The translations under genes and the position numbers were made by a program. From Elusimicrobiota bacterium (GTDB lineage: Bacteria; Elusimicrobiota; Elusimicrobia; UBA1565; UBA9628): 46,517 nt of DNA. Under the pieces are notes generated by a model. The model saw only the letters and a program-made list of their open reading frames with translations, searched no databases and was not told the DNA's origin. Below are positions 34,126-41,042 of the stretch, one piece after another. Location: the NCBI GenBank assembly GCA_016204945.1, contig JACQJQ010000097.1:1-46517 (forward strand). Direction: 5' to 3'. Numbering within the stretch: position 1 is the stretch's first letter; every line of letters begins with the position of its first letter.

Positions 34126-34976
34126 GCGCGGCGCGGCAAGGTCGGGAGCACGGCGCGCGCGATGCTCGGCACGAACTCGGGGCGCAGGAGCCGCGGGTCG
34201 TAGGGCTTCAGGCGCCTCTCGTTCTCGCGCAGGCACAGCTCGACGAACGCGCGGGGGGAGACGTCGCCGAATTGGGAGTGGGCGTTCATCGTGAAGTTGT
34301 CCTGCCCGCTCTCGGCCTCGCCCTTGATGCGCATCGCCGTCTTCAGCCGGCTCAGCGCCTGGAGCCACATGGCCAGGCCGCGCCGGAACACGTAGCGCGG
34401 CCGGCCGGCGTAAGGCAGGCGGGCCTGGTTGTAGGCGACCCAGTTCACGTGGAAGATGATGTGGCGGCCCTCCTCCTGCATGATCGGCTCGAAGAGCTCG
34501 ACGAGCGAGGGGGGAAAGAAGCCCGAGTCGCGCGCGAGCGCGAACAGGCCGAACGCGAAGAACGAGTCGAAGCACTCGCCGTAGCCGATGCGCATGAACG
34601 CCCAGCTCGGGTCGGAGGGCGCGGCGGGGGAGAACGCGGGGACGGGGATGCCGTACTTCGCGGTCAGGAGCTTTAGGATCTCGGCGTGGCGCTGCTCCTC
34701 GTAGCCCTGCAAGGCGATCGCCCGGGAGAGGACGGGGTCCTTTTCCGCGGCGCCCATGGTCAGCACGGCCAGCGCGGTCTCCGCCTCGGTGCGCACCGCC
34801 TCCCCCCAGATCGGCAGCGCCCGCAGGCGCGCGATCACGGCGGCGTCCAGCTCCGGCCAGTTCAGCGCGTCCGGGCGGTAGGGATCGTGGCTGTCCGTGA
34901 AAAAAGAGCACAGAAGCTCCTTGTGCTCCGGCGAGCCCGCGGCGATGGGGGAGGAGGCGGGGATCAAGGTCTGCAT
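34122..34976 (-). CDS. Ferritin-like di-iron carboxylate protein (oxygenase/desaturase-like)
   Basis: Two ExxH motifs (GYEEQRHAE and MQEEGRHIIFH) in a helical protein. ATG 34976 was chosen because TAGAAT lies 16 nt upstream. GTG 35087 is the longest alternative. Confidence 0.6.
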   Translation of the reverse strand: MQTLIPASSPIAAGSPEHKELLCSFFTDSHDPYRPDALNWPELDAAVIARLRALPIWGEAVRTEAETALAVLTMGAAEKDPVLSRAIALQGYEEQRHAEILKLLTAKYGIPVPAFSPAAPSDPSWAFMRIGYGECFDSFFAFGLFALARDSGFFPPSLVELFEPIMQEEGRHIIFHVNWVAYNQARLPYAGRPRYVFRRGLAMWLQALSRLKTAMRIKGEAESGQDNFTMNAHSQFGDVSPRAFVELCLRENERRLKPYDPRLLRPEFVPSIARAVLPTLPRRA

Positions 34977-35100
34977 GGGGTCTTCGACGGAAATTCTACA
35001 AAATCGGCGATTGGGCGCCACGTAAAATTTGTCGCCGCGGACATCGGCACGGAACTGAATCGGGAGGATGTTTTTCTCCCAGTTCACGGGGTTTTAGACC

Positions 35101-35124
35101 CCAACTGTTTCCGGAAACAGTTGG
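35101..35124. repeat. Perfect 24-nt palindrome CCAACTGTTTCCGGAAACAGTTGG in a divergent intergenic region
   Basis: Read directly: the 12-nt arm CCAACTGTTTCC is immediately followed by its reverse complement. The function (operator or RNA hairpin) is not established. Confidence 0.9.
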
Positions 35125-35198
35125 ACGGTTGGTACAGACCGGGATCACAGGCAACAGGTAGGTATTGGCTTCCCCGACAACGGGGACATGTTTTTATG

Positions 35199-35227
35199 TT
35201 GACGCTCGCCCCGGCGGAAGTTATGCT
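35199..35227 (+). promoter_or_regulatory. Sigma70-like promoter TTGACG-N17-TATGCT, with the -10 box 6 nt before the TRL gene ATG
   Basis: -35 at 35199-35204, -10 at 35222-35227, ATG at 35234. Confidence 0.55.
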
Positions 35228-35233
35228 TCCAGG

Positions 35234-35581
35234 ATGAGACACCTCCGCCCGCTCGGGCTTTCGCTGCTTGCCGCGACCATGTGCTCCTGCGGCATCCTTT
35301 ATACGAACATCAAGGTGCCGCGCGGCTACCGGACGGCGACTCCCGCCGAGGTGAAGTCCGCGCCGGACGACCCCACGGTGACGGGCCAGGCCTGCAACCG
35401 CTCGGCGATCTTCCTGTTCGCCTGGGGCGACGGCTCCTACGCGGCGGCGGTCCGCAGCGCGCTCGGCGAGCGCGACGGCATCCTTTACGACGTGCGCGCC
35501 GACATCAAGGTCAACGCGTACGTGCTGGGCCTGTACACGAAGGTGTGCACGGTGCTCAGCGGCAAGGTCGCCAAGCCGTGA
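35234..35581 (+). CDS. TRL-like family lipoprotein
   Basis: MRHLRPLGLSLLAATMCSCG lipobox. TRL-type body GILYTNIKVP...GQACNRSAIFLFAWGDGSYAAA...DVRADIKVNAYVLGLYTKVCTVLSG. Confidence 0.75.
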   Translation: MRHLRPLGLSLLAATMCSCGILYTNIKVPRGYRTATPAEVKSAPDDPTVTGQACNRSAIFLFAWGDGSYAAAVRSALGERDGILYDVRADIKVNAYVLGLYTKVCTVLSGKVAKP

Positions 35582-36030
35582 GCGCGCGCGTTTGCCTGCT
35601 CGCCGCGGCCCTTCTCGGGGCGCTTGCGCCCGCCGTCCGCGCTCGGGGCGAGAACGACGAGGATGTGGCGTCTCCCGGCCTCATTCCGGCGGGCAGCTTC
35701 ATGCTGTTCTACAAGACGCAGGGCCCGCTGTCGTTCGTCGCCATGACGCCGAAGGACCGCCCCAAGGGCGCGCGCGAACTCGGCACGGTCAAGGGCGTCT
35801 CCTGCCAGCACGGCCTCTCCATCCCGATCTCGGCCGACGTGCGCGGAACCAGCATCACGGGGGCTTACGGCAACGGGAGCTTCGTGAAGGCGATCGAGCG
35901 CATCAAGAAGGAGAAGCCCGAGGTCGTCGGAATCTACGACGTGCGCACCGATCTGCGCATATTCAGCCTCCTCGGCATCTACCGCAGGCTGTGCACCGAA
36001 GTGACCGCGCGCGCCTTCGCCCTCTCATAA
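35578..36030 (+). CDS. TRL-like family secreted protein (paralog)
   Basis: GTG 35578 overlaps the upstream stop (GTGA). Signal peptide VSARVCLLAAALLGALAPAVRA. ...GVSCQHGLSIPIS...GNGSFVKAI...YDVRTDLRIFSLLGIYRRLCTEVTA. Confidence 0.7.
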   Translation: MSARVCLLAAALLGALAPAVRARGENDEDVASPGLIPAGSFMLFYKTQGPLSFVAMTPKDRPKGARELGTVKGVSCQHGLSIPISADVRGTSITGAYGNGSFVKAIERIKKEKPEVVGIYDVRTDLRIFSLLGIYRRLCTEVTARAFALS

Positions 36031-36031
36031 T

Positions 36032-38269
36032 TCAGTCCTTGCGCAGCATGCGCTGGAGCCAGCCCGCGAGCCCGCCGCGGTGCAGGGCGCAGTCGCTGCG
36101 CGGCTCGGTGCCGGCGGCGAACCATTCGCCGCGCCTCCCGGGGCAGCCGGAGCGCGCGACCATGCCCGACTCCGGGCAGACGACGACCGAGACGACGTCT
36201 TCCGGACGGGCGGCGGGCTCCCCGGGGCGCTCCGCGGCGGCCTCCTTCATGAACGCGGCCCACAGCGGCAGCGCGTCCGCGGCGCCGGTGAGCCTGAGCG
36301 CGCGATTGCGGTCGTCTCCGACCCAGACGCCGGCGAGCAAGGACGGCGTGTAGCCCACGAACCAGGCGTCGCGGCCGTCGTTGGTCGTGCCGGTCTTGCC
36401 CGCGGCCGGGAAGGTCGCGCCGAGATTCTTGAGGCCGCGCGCTGTGCCTTCCTTGACCACGCCTTCGAGCAAGGAGTTCATCAGGAACGCCGTCGCCGGA
36501 TCGAGCGCCGCCGAGGTTTCGGGTTCCGCCGCCTCGAGCACGACGCCCTCGGAGTCCACGACCGAGGTCACGAGGCGCGGCGCGGAGCGGACGCCGCCAT
36601 GGGCGAAGGGCGCGTAGGCGCTCACGAGCTCGAGCAGGCCGACCTCGGAGGAGCCGAGCGCCAAGCCCAGGTCGTCGCTCAGGGGGCTCGTGATGCCGCA
36701 GTCCCGGGCCGTTTCCTGGATGCGCCTGAGTCCGACGCGCTCCGCGAGGTCGAGGGTCGCCGCGTTGAGCGAGCGGGCCAAGGCCCGGCGCATCGTCGCG
36801 GTGCCGAGGTAGACGCCGTCGTAGTTGGCCGGGGACCAGTCCTTTCCGGCGCCGGGCCACGTTTTCGGCTTGTCGCGCAGGATCGTCGCCGGCGTCAAGC
36901 CCATCCGGAGCGCCGCGGCGTAGACGAAGGGCTTGAACGCCGAGCCGGGCTGGCGCAGGGCCTGCGTCGCGCGGTTGAACTGGCTCTCGCCGAAGCTGCG
37001 GCCGCCCGCCAGCGCCAGGACCGAGCCGTCGCGCGGGTCCATGACCGCGAGCGCCGCCTGATGCCGCGACGCGGCGAGCGTCCTGCGCGCGAGGCCCTGC
37101 AGGACGGGATCCATGGCGGTGTGGACCGAGAGGCCGTGGCGATTGAGCGAATCGCCGCCGTAGCGCGGCAGGAGCCGGCGCACGACCTCGGCGGCGTAGT
37201 AGGCGGAGTCGCGCCGGTCTTCCTGCGCGGCGCCGCGCGCCGTCGCGAGCGGCGAGTCGAGCGCGGCGTCCAGCTCGAAGCGCGAGATCATGTTCTCCTC
37301 GCGCATCCGGCGCAGGACGTGGTCGCGCCGGGCCTGCGCCGCCGCGGGGTCGCGGAAAGGGTTGTAGGCGCCGGGGCCGGGTATGATTCCGACGATCAAG
37401 GCCGACTCCGGCAAAGTCAGGTCGGAGGCCTCCTTGGAGAAGTAGTGGCGCGCGGCGGAGCGCACGCCCATGACGCTCGAGGGGCCGTCCTGGCCGAGGT
37501 AGATGTGATTGAGGTAGAGGGTCAGGATGCGCTTCTTGTCGAGCCGCAGCTCGAGATAGACGGCGAGCGCCGCTTCCGCGAGCTTGCGCCGGAGGGTGCG
37601 GCGCGGAGAGAGGAAGAGGTTCTTCGAGAGCTGCTGCGTGATCGTGCTGGCGCCCTGCAGATCGCCGCCGCGCAGATTGGAGAGCGCCGCGCGCGCCATC
37701 GCGCGCGGGTCCAGGCCGTGATGGCGCCAGAAGCGCTTGTCCTCGGCGGCGACGACCGCGTCCTTGAGCGACGCGGGAATCTGCTCCCACGAGGCGGGCT
37801 CGCGCCGCTCGGCGCGGGCGCCCGAGAGTTCGACCATGAGCTCGGGCTCGAGCCGTATCTCGGGGATCGTGGCGCCCGACTCGTCGAAGACGCTCCACGC
37901 GCCCACGGCGGAGCGGCGCAGGATGAAGACCCCCTCGTTCTGCTCGGAGCCGGGGATGCGGTGGCCGCGCAGGAAGACGGCGAGCTCGGGCGGCGTCCAG
38001 CGGTACTCGCCCTTGGCGGGCATCTCCTCCGCGCGGCGGTAGCCGAGTCGCTCGAGGCGCTCGATGAGCCGCTCGGCCTCGCCGCGGCCGCCGTCTTGGA
38101 TCGGAAACGGCGCCGCCCAGATGCGCGTCGAGAAGCTCACGCCCAGACCGCCGAGCACGAGCGAGGAAAGCTTGCGCTCGGCCTGGAACACGAGCCAGAG
38201 CGACGCGAGGGCGGCCGCGGCCAGGAGAGCCGCCGACGCCCGGAGCCAGCCGGAGGACCGGCGCGGCAT
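36032..38269 (-). CDS. Class A penicillin-binding protein (bifunctional transglycosylase/transpeptidase)
   Basis: GT51 motifs EDKRFWRHHG, GASTITQQ, RKLAEA. Transpeptidase motifs SAFKP, SLN, KTGTT. N-terminal TM anchor. Confidence 0.9.
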   Translation of the reverse strand: MPRRSSGWLRASAALLAAAALASLWLVFQAERKLSSLVLGGLGVSFSTRIWAAPFPIQDGGRGEAERLIERLERLGYRRAEEMPAKGEYRWTPPELAVFLRGHRIPGSEQNEGVFILRRSAVGAWSVFDESGATIPEIRLEPELMVELSGARAERREPASWEQIPASLKDAVVAAEDKRFWRHHGLDPRAMARAALSNLRGGDLQGASTITQQLSKNLFLSPRRTLRRKLAEAALAVYLELRLDKKRILTLYLNHIYLGQDGPSSVMGVRSAARHYFSKEASDLTLPESALIVGIIPGPGAYNPFRDPAAAQARRDHVLRRMREENMISRFELDAALDSPLATARGAAQEDRRDSAYYAAEVVRRLLPRYGGDSLNRHGLSVHTAMDPVLQGLARRTLAASRHQAALAVMDPRDGSVLALAGGRSFGESQFNRATQALRQPGSAFKPFVYAAALRMGLTPATILRDKPKTWPGAGKDWSPANYDGVYLGTATMRRALARSLNAATLDLAERVGLRRIQETARDCGITSPLSDDLGLALGSSEVGLLELVSAYAPFAHGGVRSAPRLVTSVVDSEGVVLEAAEPETSAALDPATAFLMNSLLEGVVKEGTARGLKNLGATFPAAGKTGTTNDGRDAWFVGYTPSLLAGVWVGDDRNRALRLTGAADALPLWAAFMKEAAAERPGEPAARPEDVVSVVVCPESGMVARSGCPGRRGEWFAAGTEPRSDCALHRGGLAGWLQRMLRKD

Positions 38270-39190
38270 TTAGAAGCGCACGCCGAAGCCGACGTGGTGG
38301 GCCTGGCCCAGAGTGCGCTTTTCGGCCATGGCGTAGTCGAGCGAGAAGCGGCCCTCGCGCATGCCGACGCCCACGGTCAGGCGCGCGAAGTCGGAGTTGA
38401 GGCGCCAGCCGGCGCGCAGGGCGATCGAGGTCGCGGCGCCGAAGTCCATCGCGAGCTCGGAGCCGAGCGCGCCGATGAGCGCCTCATCCCGCGTCTTGAT
38501 CGCCTCGGCCGAGGCGAGCAGGCGGGTGACGGTGACATACGAATCGACGTCCTTGGCCTCGCCGCTTTTCCAGGACCAGGACGCGCCGCCGCGCGTCGTG
38601 AGGGGAAGGGGATCGCTTTCCCGCTCGAACTTCACGCCCGGCCCGGCGTTCTGGAGGGCGGCTCCCAGGCTCAGGCCCGGGAGCGGCGTCTTCCATTGGG
38701 CGCCGACGTCCGCGGCGAAGCCCGCGGCCCGCGCCTCCTGGGCCAGCTCGAAGCGGTAATGCTTGCCCGCGGCGCCCACCGCGAGGCCGCCGGGAAGCGG
38801 CAGGCCCCAGGCCAGGTGCCCGACGTAGTCGCGCTGGGCGGTCCGCGTCTCCGCCGCGCCGTTCGCGAAATGAAGGTCGACTTTCCCGGCGTCGTAGTAG
38901 GAGAGGCCCGCGGCGGCCGCGCCGGCGGGCAAGGGCTGGGCCCAGCCGATGAAGCCGAAGGAGTCGTCGAGCACGCCGCTGGTGAAGGCCGTTTCGAGCT
39001 GGGCTCGCCGCGCGGCGGCGCGCCCGGCGGGGTTGGCGCCCAGGGACGAGAGCCCGCCGGGAACCGCCGCGTACGCGTCGGCCATGGCGGCGGCGCGCGG
39101 GGAGAGCGAGCGGCGCAAGGTGGGCGAGCCGGCCGCTTGCGTCGGGGCGGCGGACAGGAGAAGGAGGGCCGCGAGCCCGAGCCCGCTCAT
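38270..39190 (-). CDS. PorV/PorQ-like (UPF0164-type) outer-membrane beta-barrel
   Basis: ATG 39190 overlaps the upstream stop (ATGA). Signal peptide, then AMADAYAAVPGGLSSLGANPAG, typical of this barrel family. Ends ...HHVGFGVRF. The track start at 40648 is a shadow extension. Confidence 0.6.
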   Translation of the reverse strand: MSGLGLAALLLLSAAPTQAAGSPTLRRSLSPRAAAMADAYAAVPGGLSSLGANPAGRAAARRAQLETAFTSGVLDDSFGFIGWAQPLPAGAAAAGLSYYDAGKVDLHFANGAAETRTAQRDYVGHLAWGLPLPGGLAVGAAGKHYRFELAQEARAAGFAADVGAQWKTPLPGLSLGAALQNAGPGVKFERESDPLPLTTRGGASWSWKSGEAKDVDSYVTVTRLLASAEAIKTRDEALIGALGSELAMDFGAATSIALRAGWRLNSDFARLTVGVGMREGRFSLDYAMAEKRTLGQAHHVGFGVRF

Positions 39191-40944
39191 CGGATGACCA
39201 CGATCTTGCTCTTGATCGCGATCTTGGGGCCGTTGACCGCGACGAAGTACAGCCCGCTTGGGACCGCCGCGCCGGAGGCGTCCTTGCCGTCCCAGGCTAC
39301 GGTGAAGGCGCCGGCGTCGCGGTGATCGTCGAACAGCGTGCGCACCGGCCGCCCGTCCGAGTCGTACACGCGCAGCGAGACGCGGCCGGAGGAGAAGATC
39401 GTCGTGTCGATCGTCGTCGGCGTCGCGTCCCGAGGGCGCAGGAGATTGCCCGTCAGCACCACGGAGCCCGGAGCGTAGTCGATGAGCAGGGCGTTGGCCG
39501 CCGTGGCCGCAACGCCGTCGGCGTTCGTCACGGTCAGGTCCCAGTTCCCGAGCTCCTGATTCTGGGTCGCGAACGTCGCGGTGATGTGCTGGTCGTCGGT
39601 CCGGTTGACGCTCGTGCCCGCGATGGTGACGGCGCCCTTGGTGATGGAGACCGACGGGAGCAGGGAGAAGATCTCGCCCGCGACGGTCAGGGGAATCGAG
39701 CCCGCGCTTTGGTAGACCGTGGACGGCGACAGCGAGACGGGAGCGGGCGCGCCGGTCAAGGCCGAGCGGACGTCCCCGGTCGAGAAGGAAGCCTCGTAGT
39801 AGGAGTAGTACAGGCGCCAGCGGAAGGAGTCGGTGGAGCGGACCGGAACGGGGGAGGAGAGCGCGCCCGAGGCGACGGCGGTGGAGACGCGAACGCCCGA
39901 CTCCAGCGCGAAGGAGGAGCCCAGGGCGTCGCTCGACAAGGCGCTCAGGATGACGGTGGCGCTCGATGCCCCGCTTTGCGGCTGGGAGTAGAAAAGGCGG
40001 ATGGTGCCGTCGGTCAGCTTGGCGGCTCCGGACTCGTAGGCGGTCGTGGACAGGACGACCGACGAGGCGCCCCACGTGGCGCCCTCGTCGGTCGAGCGCG
40101 CCGTGAAGATCTGGCGGTCCGCGAGGTCGTCGCCCCCGTTGAAGTCGCGCGTGTAGTACAGGCGCCAGTCGCCGGAGTCCAAGACGACGAGGCGCGGCAT
40201 GCCGACGTAGGTCGCCGCGCCGTCGACCGCCGCCGCCGTCTCGTTGGCCCAAGCCAGGCCGTCGGCCGAGGTCGCGCTGTGGATGCGGAAGGCGCCGGTC
40301 GTCGAGACGATGGAGTAGAGCATGCGGAAGCCGCCCGCCGCCAGCGGCTGGAGCGCGCAGCCCGTGATTGCGACGGCCGACACCGAGGGCACGGTGTTCG
40401 TGTCCACGCGCACTCCCGCCTCGCCGGCCCAGGCGACGCCGTCGACCGACGTCGCCGAGAGGATCGCCGTTCCCGAGCTCGCGTGCGGGGCGCCGCTGGA
40501 GACCGCGGGGAGGTAATACATGCGCAGCGGCGCGTAGGCCGCGCCCCCCGTGTCGCCGGTGAAGGCCTGGGCGGTCGCCGAGGAGAGGACGATCGCGCTC
40601 TCCTTGTCGAACACGGGAATCGCGCGCGCGGGCGAGGCGGCGGCCCATAGCAGCGTCCAGATTCCGACGGCCCGGCTCAAGGTCCGCGCCGCTTTCTTGA
40701 GGAAAGCGAGCTTTTCGGCGCGCGCGAGCGCCTTGATCCGGGCTTCCTCGATCAGGGCGGCGGAGCGGGTCAGCCCGTTCTTGCGGTAGACGAGGCGGAC
40801 CGGCCGCCGGCTTCGCGTGTAGGCCGCGCCTCGCCCCAGGTTGTGGGCGCGGATGCGCGCGGCGACGTCCTTGGCGATGCCGGTGTACAGGCTCTTGTCG
40901 GCGCAGCGCGCCAGATAGACGGACCAGACCGCGGAAGGCTTCAC
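39187..40944 (-). CDS. One continuous ORF: GIY-YIG (YhbQ-like) domain, signal-peptide-like helix, BNR/sialidase-like repeat region, and a FlgD-Ig / T9SS-type C-terminal domain
   Basis: GTG 40944 is preceded by AGGA (8-nt spacer). WSVYLARCADKSLYTGIAKDVAARIRAHNLGRGAAYTRSRRPVRLVY is the GIY-YIG part. An internal TTG at 40680 would give MSRAVGIWTLLWAAASPARA. Asp-box STDEGATWG. Tail: RVYDSDGRPVRTLF...WDGKDASGAAVPSGLYFV...KIVVIR. Confidence 0.65.
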   Translation of the reverse strand: MKPSAVWSVYLARCADKSLYTGIAKDVAARIRAHNLGRGAAYTRSRRPVRLVYRKNGLTRSAALIEEARIKALARAEKLAFLKKAARTLSRAVGIWTLLWAAASPARAIPVFDKESAIVLSSATAQAFTGDTGGAAYAPLRMYYLPAVSSGAPHASSGTAILSATSVDGVAWAGEAGVRVDTNTVPSVSAVAITGCALQPLAAGGFRMLYSIVSTTGAFRIHSATSADGLAWANETAAAVDGAATYVGMPRLVVLDSGDWRLYYTRDFNGGDDLADRQIFTARSTDEGATWGASSVVLSTTAYESGAAKLTDGTIRLFYSQPQSGASSATVILSALSSDALGSSFALESGVRVSTAVASGALSSPVPVRSTDSFRWRLYYSYYEASFSTGDVRSALTGAPAPVSLSPSTVYQSAGSIPLTVAGEIFSLLPSVSITKGAVTIAGTSVNRTDDQHITATFATQNQELGNWDLTVTNADGVAATAANALLIDYAPGSVVLTGNLLRPRDATPTTIDTTIFSSGRVSLRVYDSDGRPVRTLFDDHRDAGAFTVAWDGKDASGAAVPSGLYFVAVNGPKIAIKSKIVVIR

Positions 40945-41030
40945 GGGTCCAATCCTAGCAGTCCTATGGGCGTCCGTCCAGAAGCGGCGGCGTAGGTCTT
41001 TAGGCCCATGCGAATCCATGCGCAAAGGCC

Positions 41031-41036
41031 TATGAT
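41031..41036 (+). promoter_or_regulatory. -10-like box TATGAT, 6 nt upstream of the PLD gene GTG
   Basis: ggccTATGATcgcgggGTG. I found no convincing -35. Confidence 0.35.
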
Positions 41037-41042
41037 CGCGGG

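Noticed and set aside
34977-35087. GTG 35087 as the start of the di-iron protein, adding MNWEKNILPIQFRADVRGDKFYVAPNRRFCRISVEDP.
   Set aside because: The extension has atypically AT-rich, non-conserved-looking sequence containing a hairpin (35062-35080). ATG 34976 has a TAGAAT box upstream. This is not excluded, and the confidence on that start is reduced accordingly.
36080-39325. A 1081-aa plus-strand ORF, and similar very long ORFs: 21646-23961 (+), 31043-33226 (+), 20987-22624 (-), 40941-42473 (-), 7297-8421 (-), 35979-37898 (-), 17888-19213 (-).
   Set aside because: All are Arg/Gly/Ala/Pro/Asp-rich with no recognisable motifs. Each lies antisense to, or out of frame with, genes that have clear family signatures (PBP, S9 peptidase, C1B peptidase and so on). 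Such stop-free shadow frames are typical of GC-rich DNA.
40681-40944. The GIY-YIG domain as a homing endonuclease or mobile-intron remnant.
   Set aside because: It is the short YhbQ/UPF0213-type GIY-YIG module without the DNA-binding extensions of homing endonucleases. No intron or intein context is visible.
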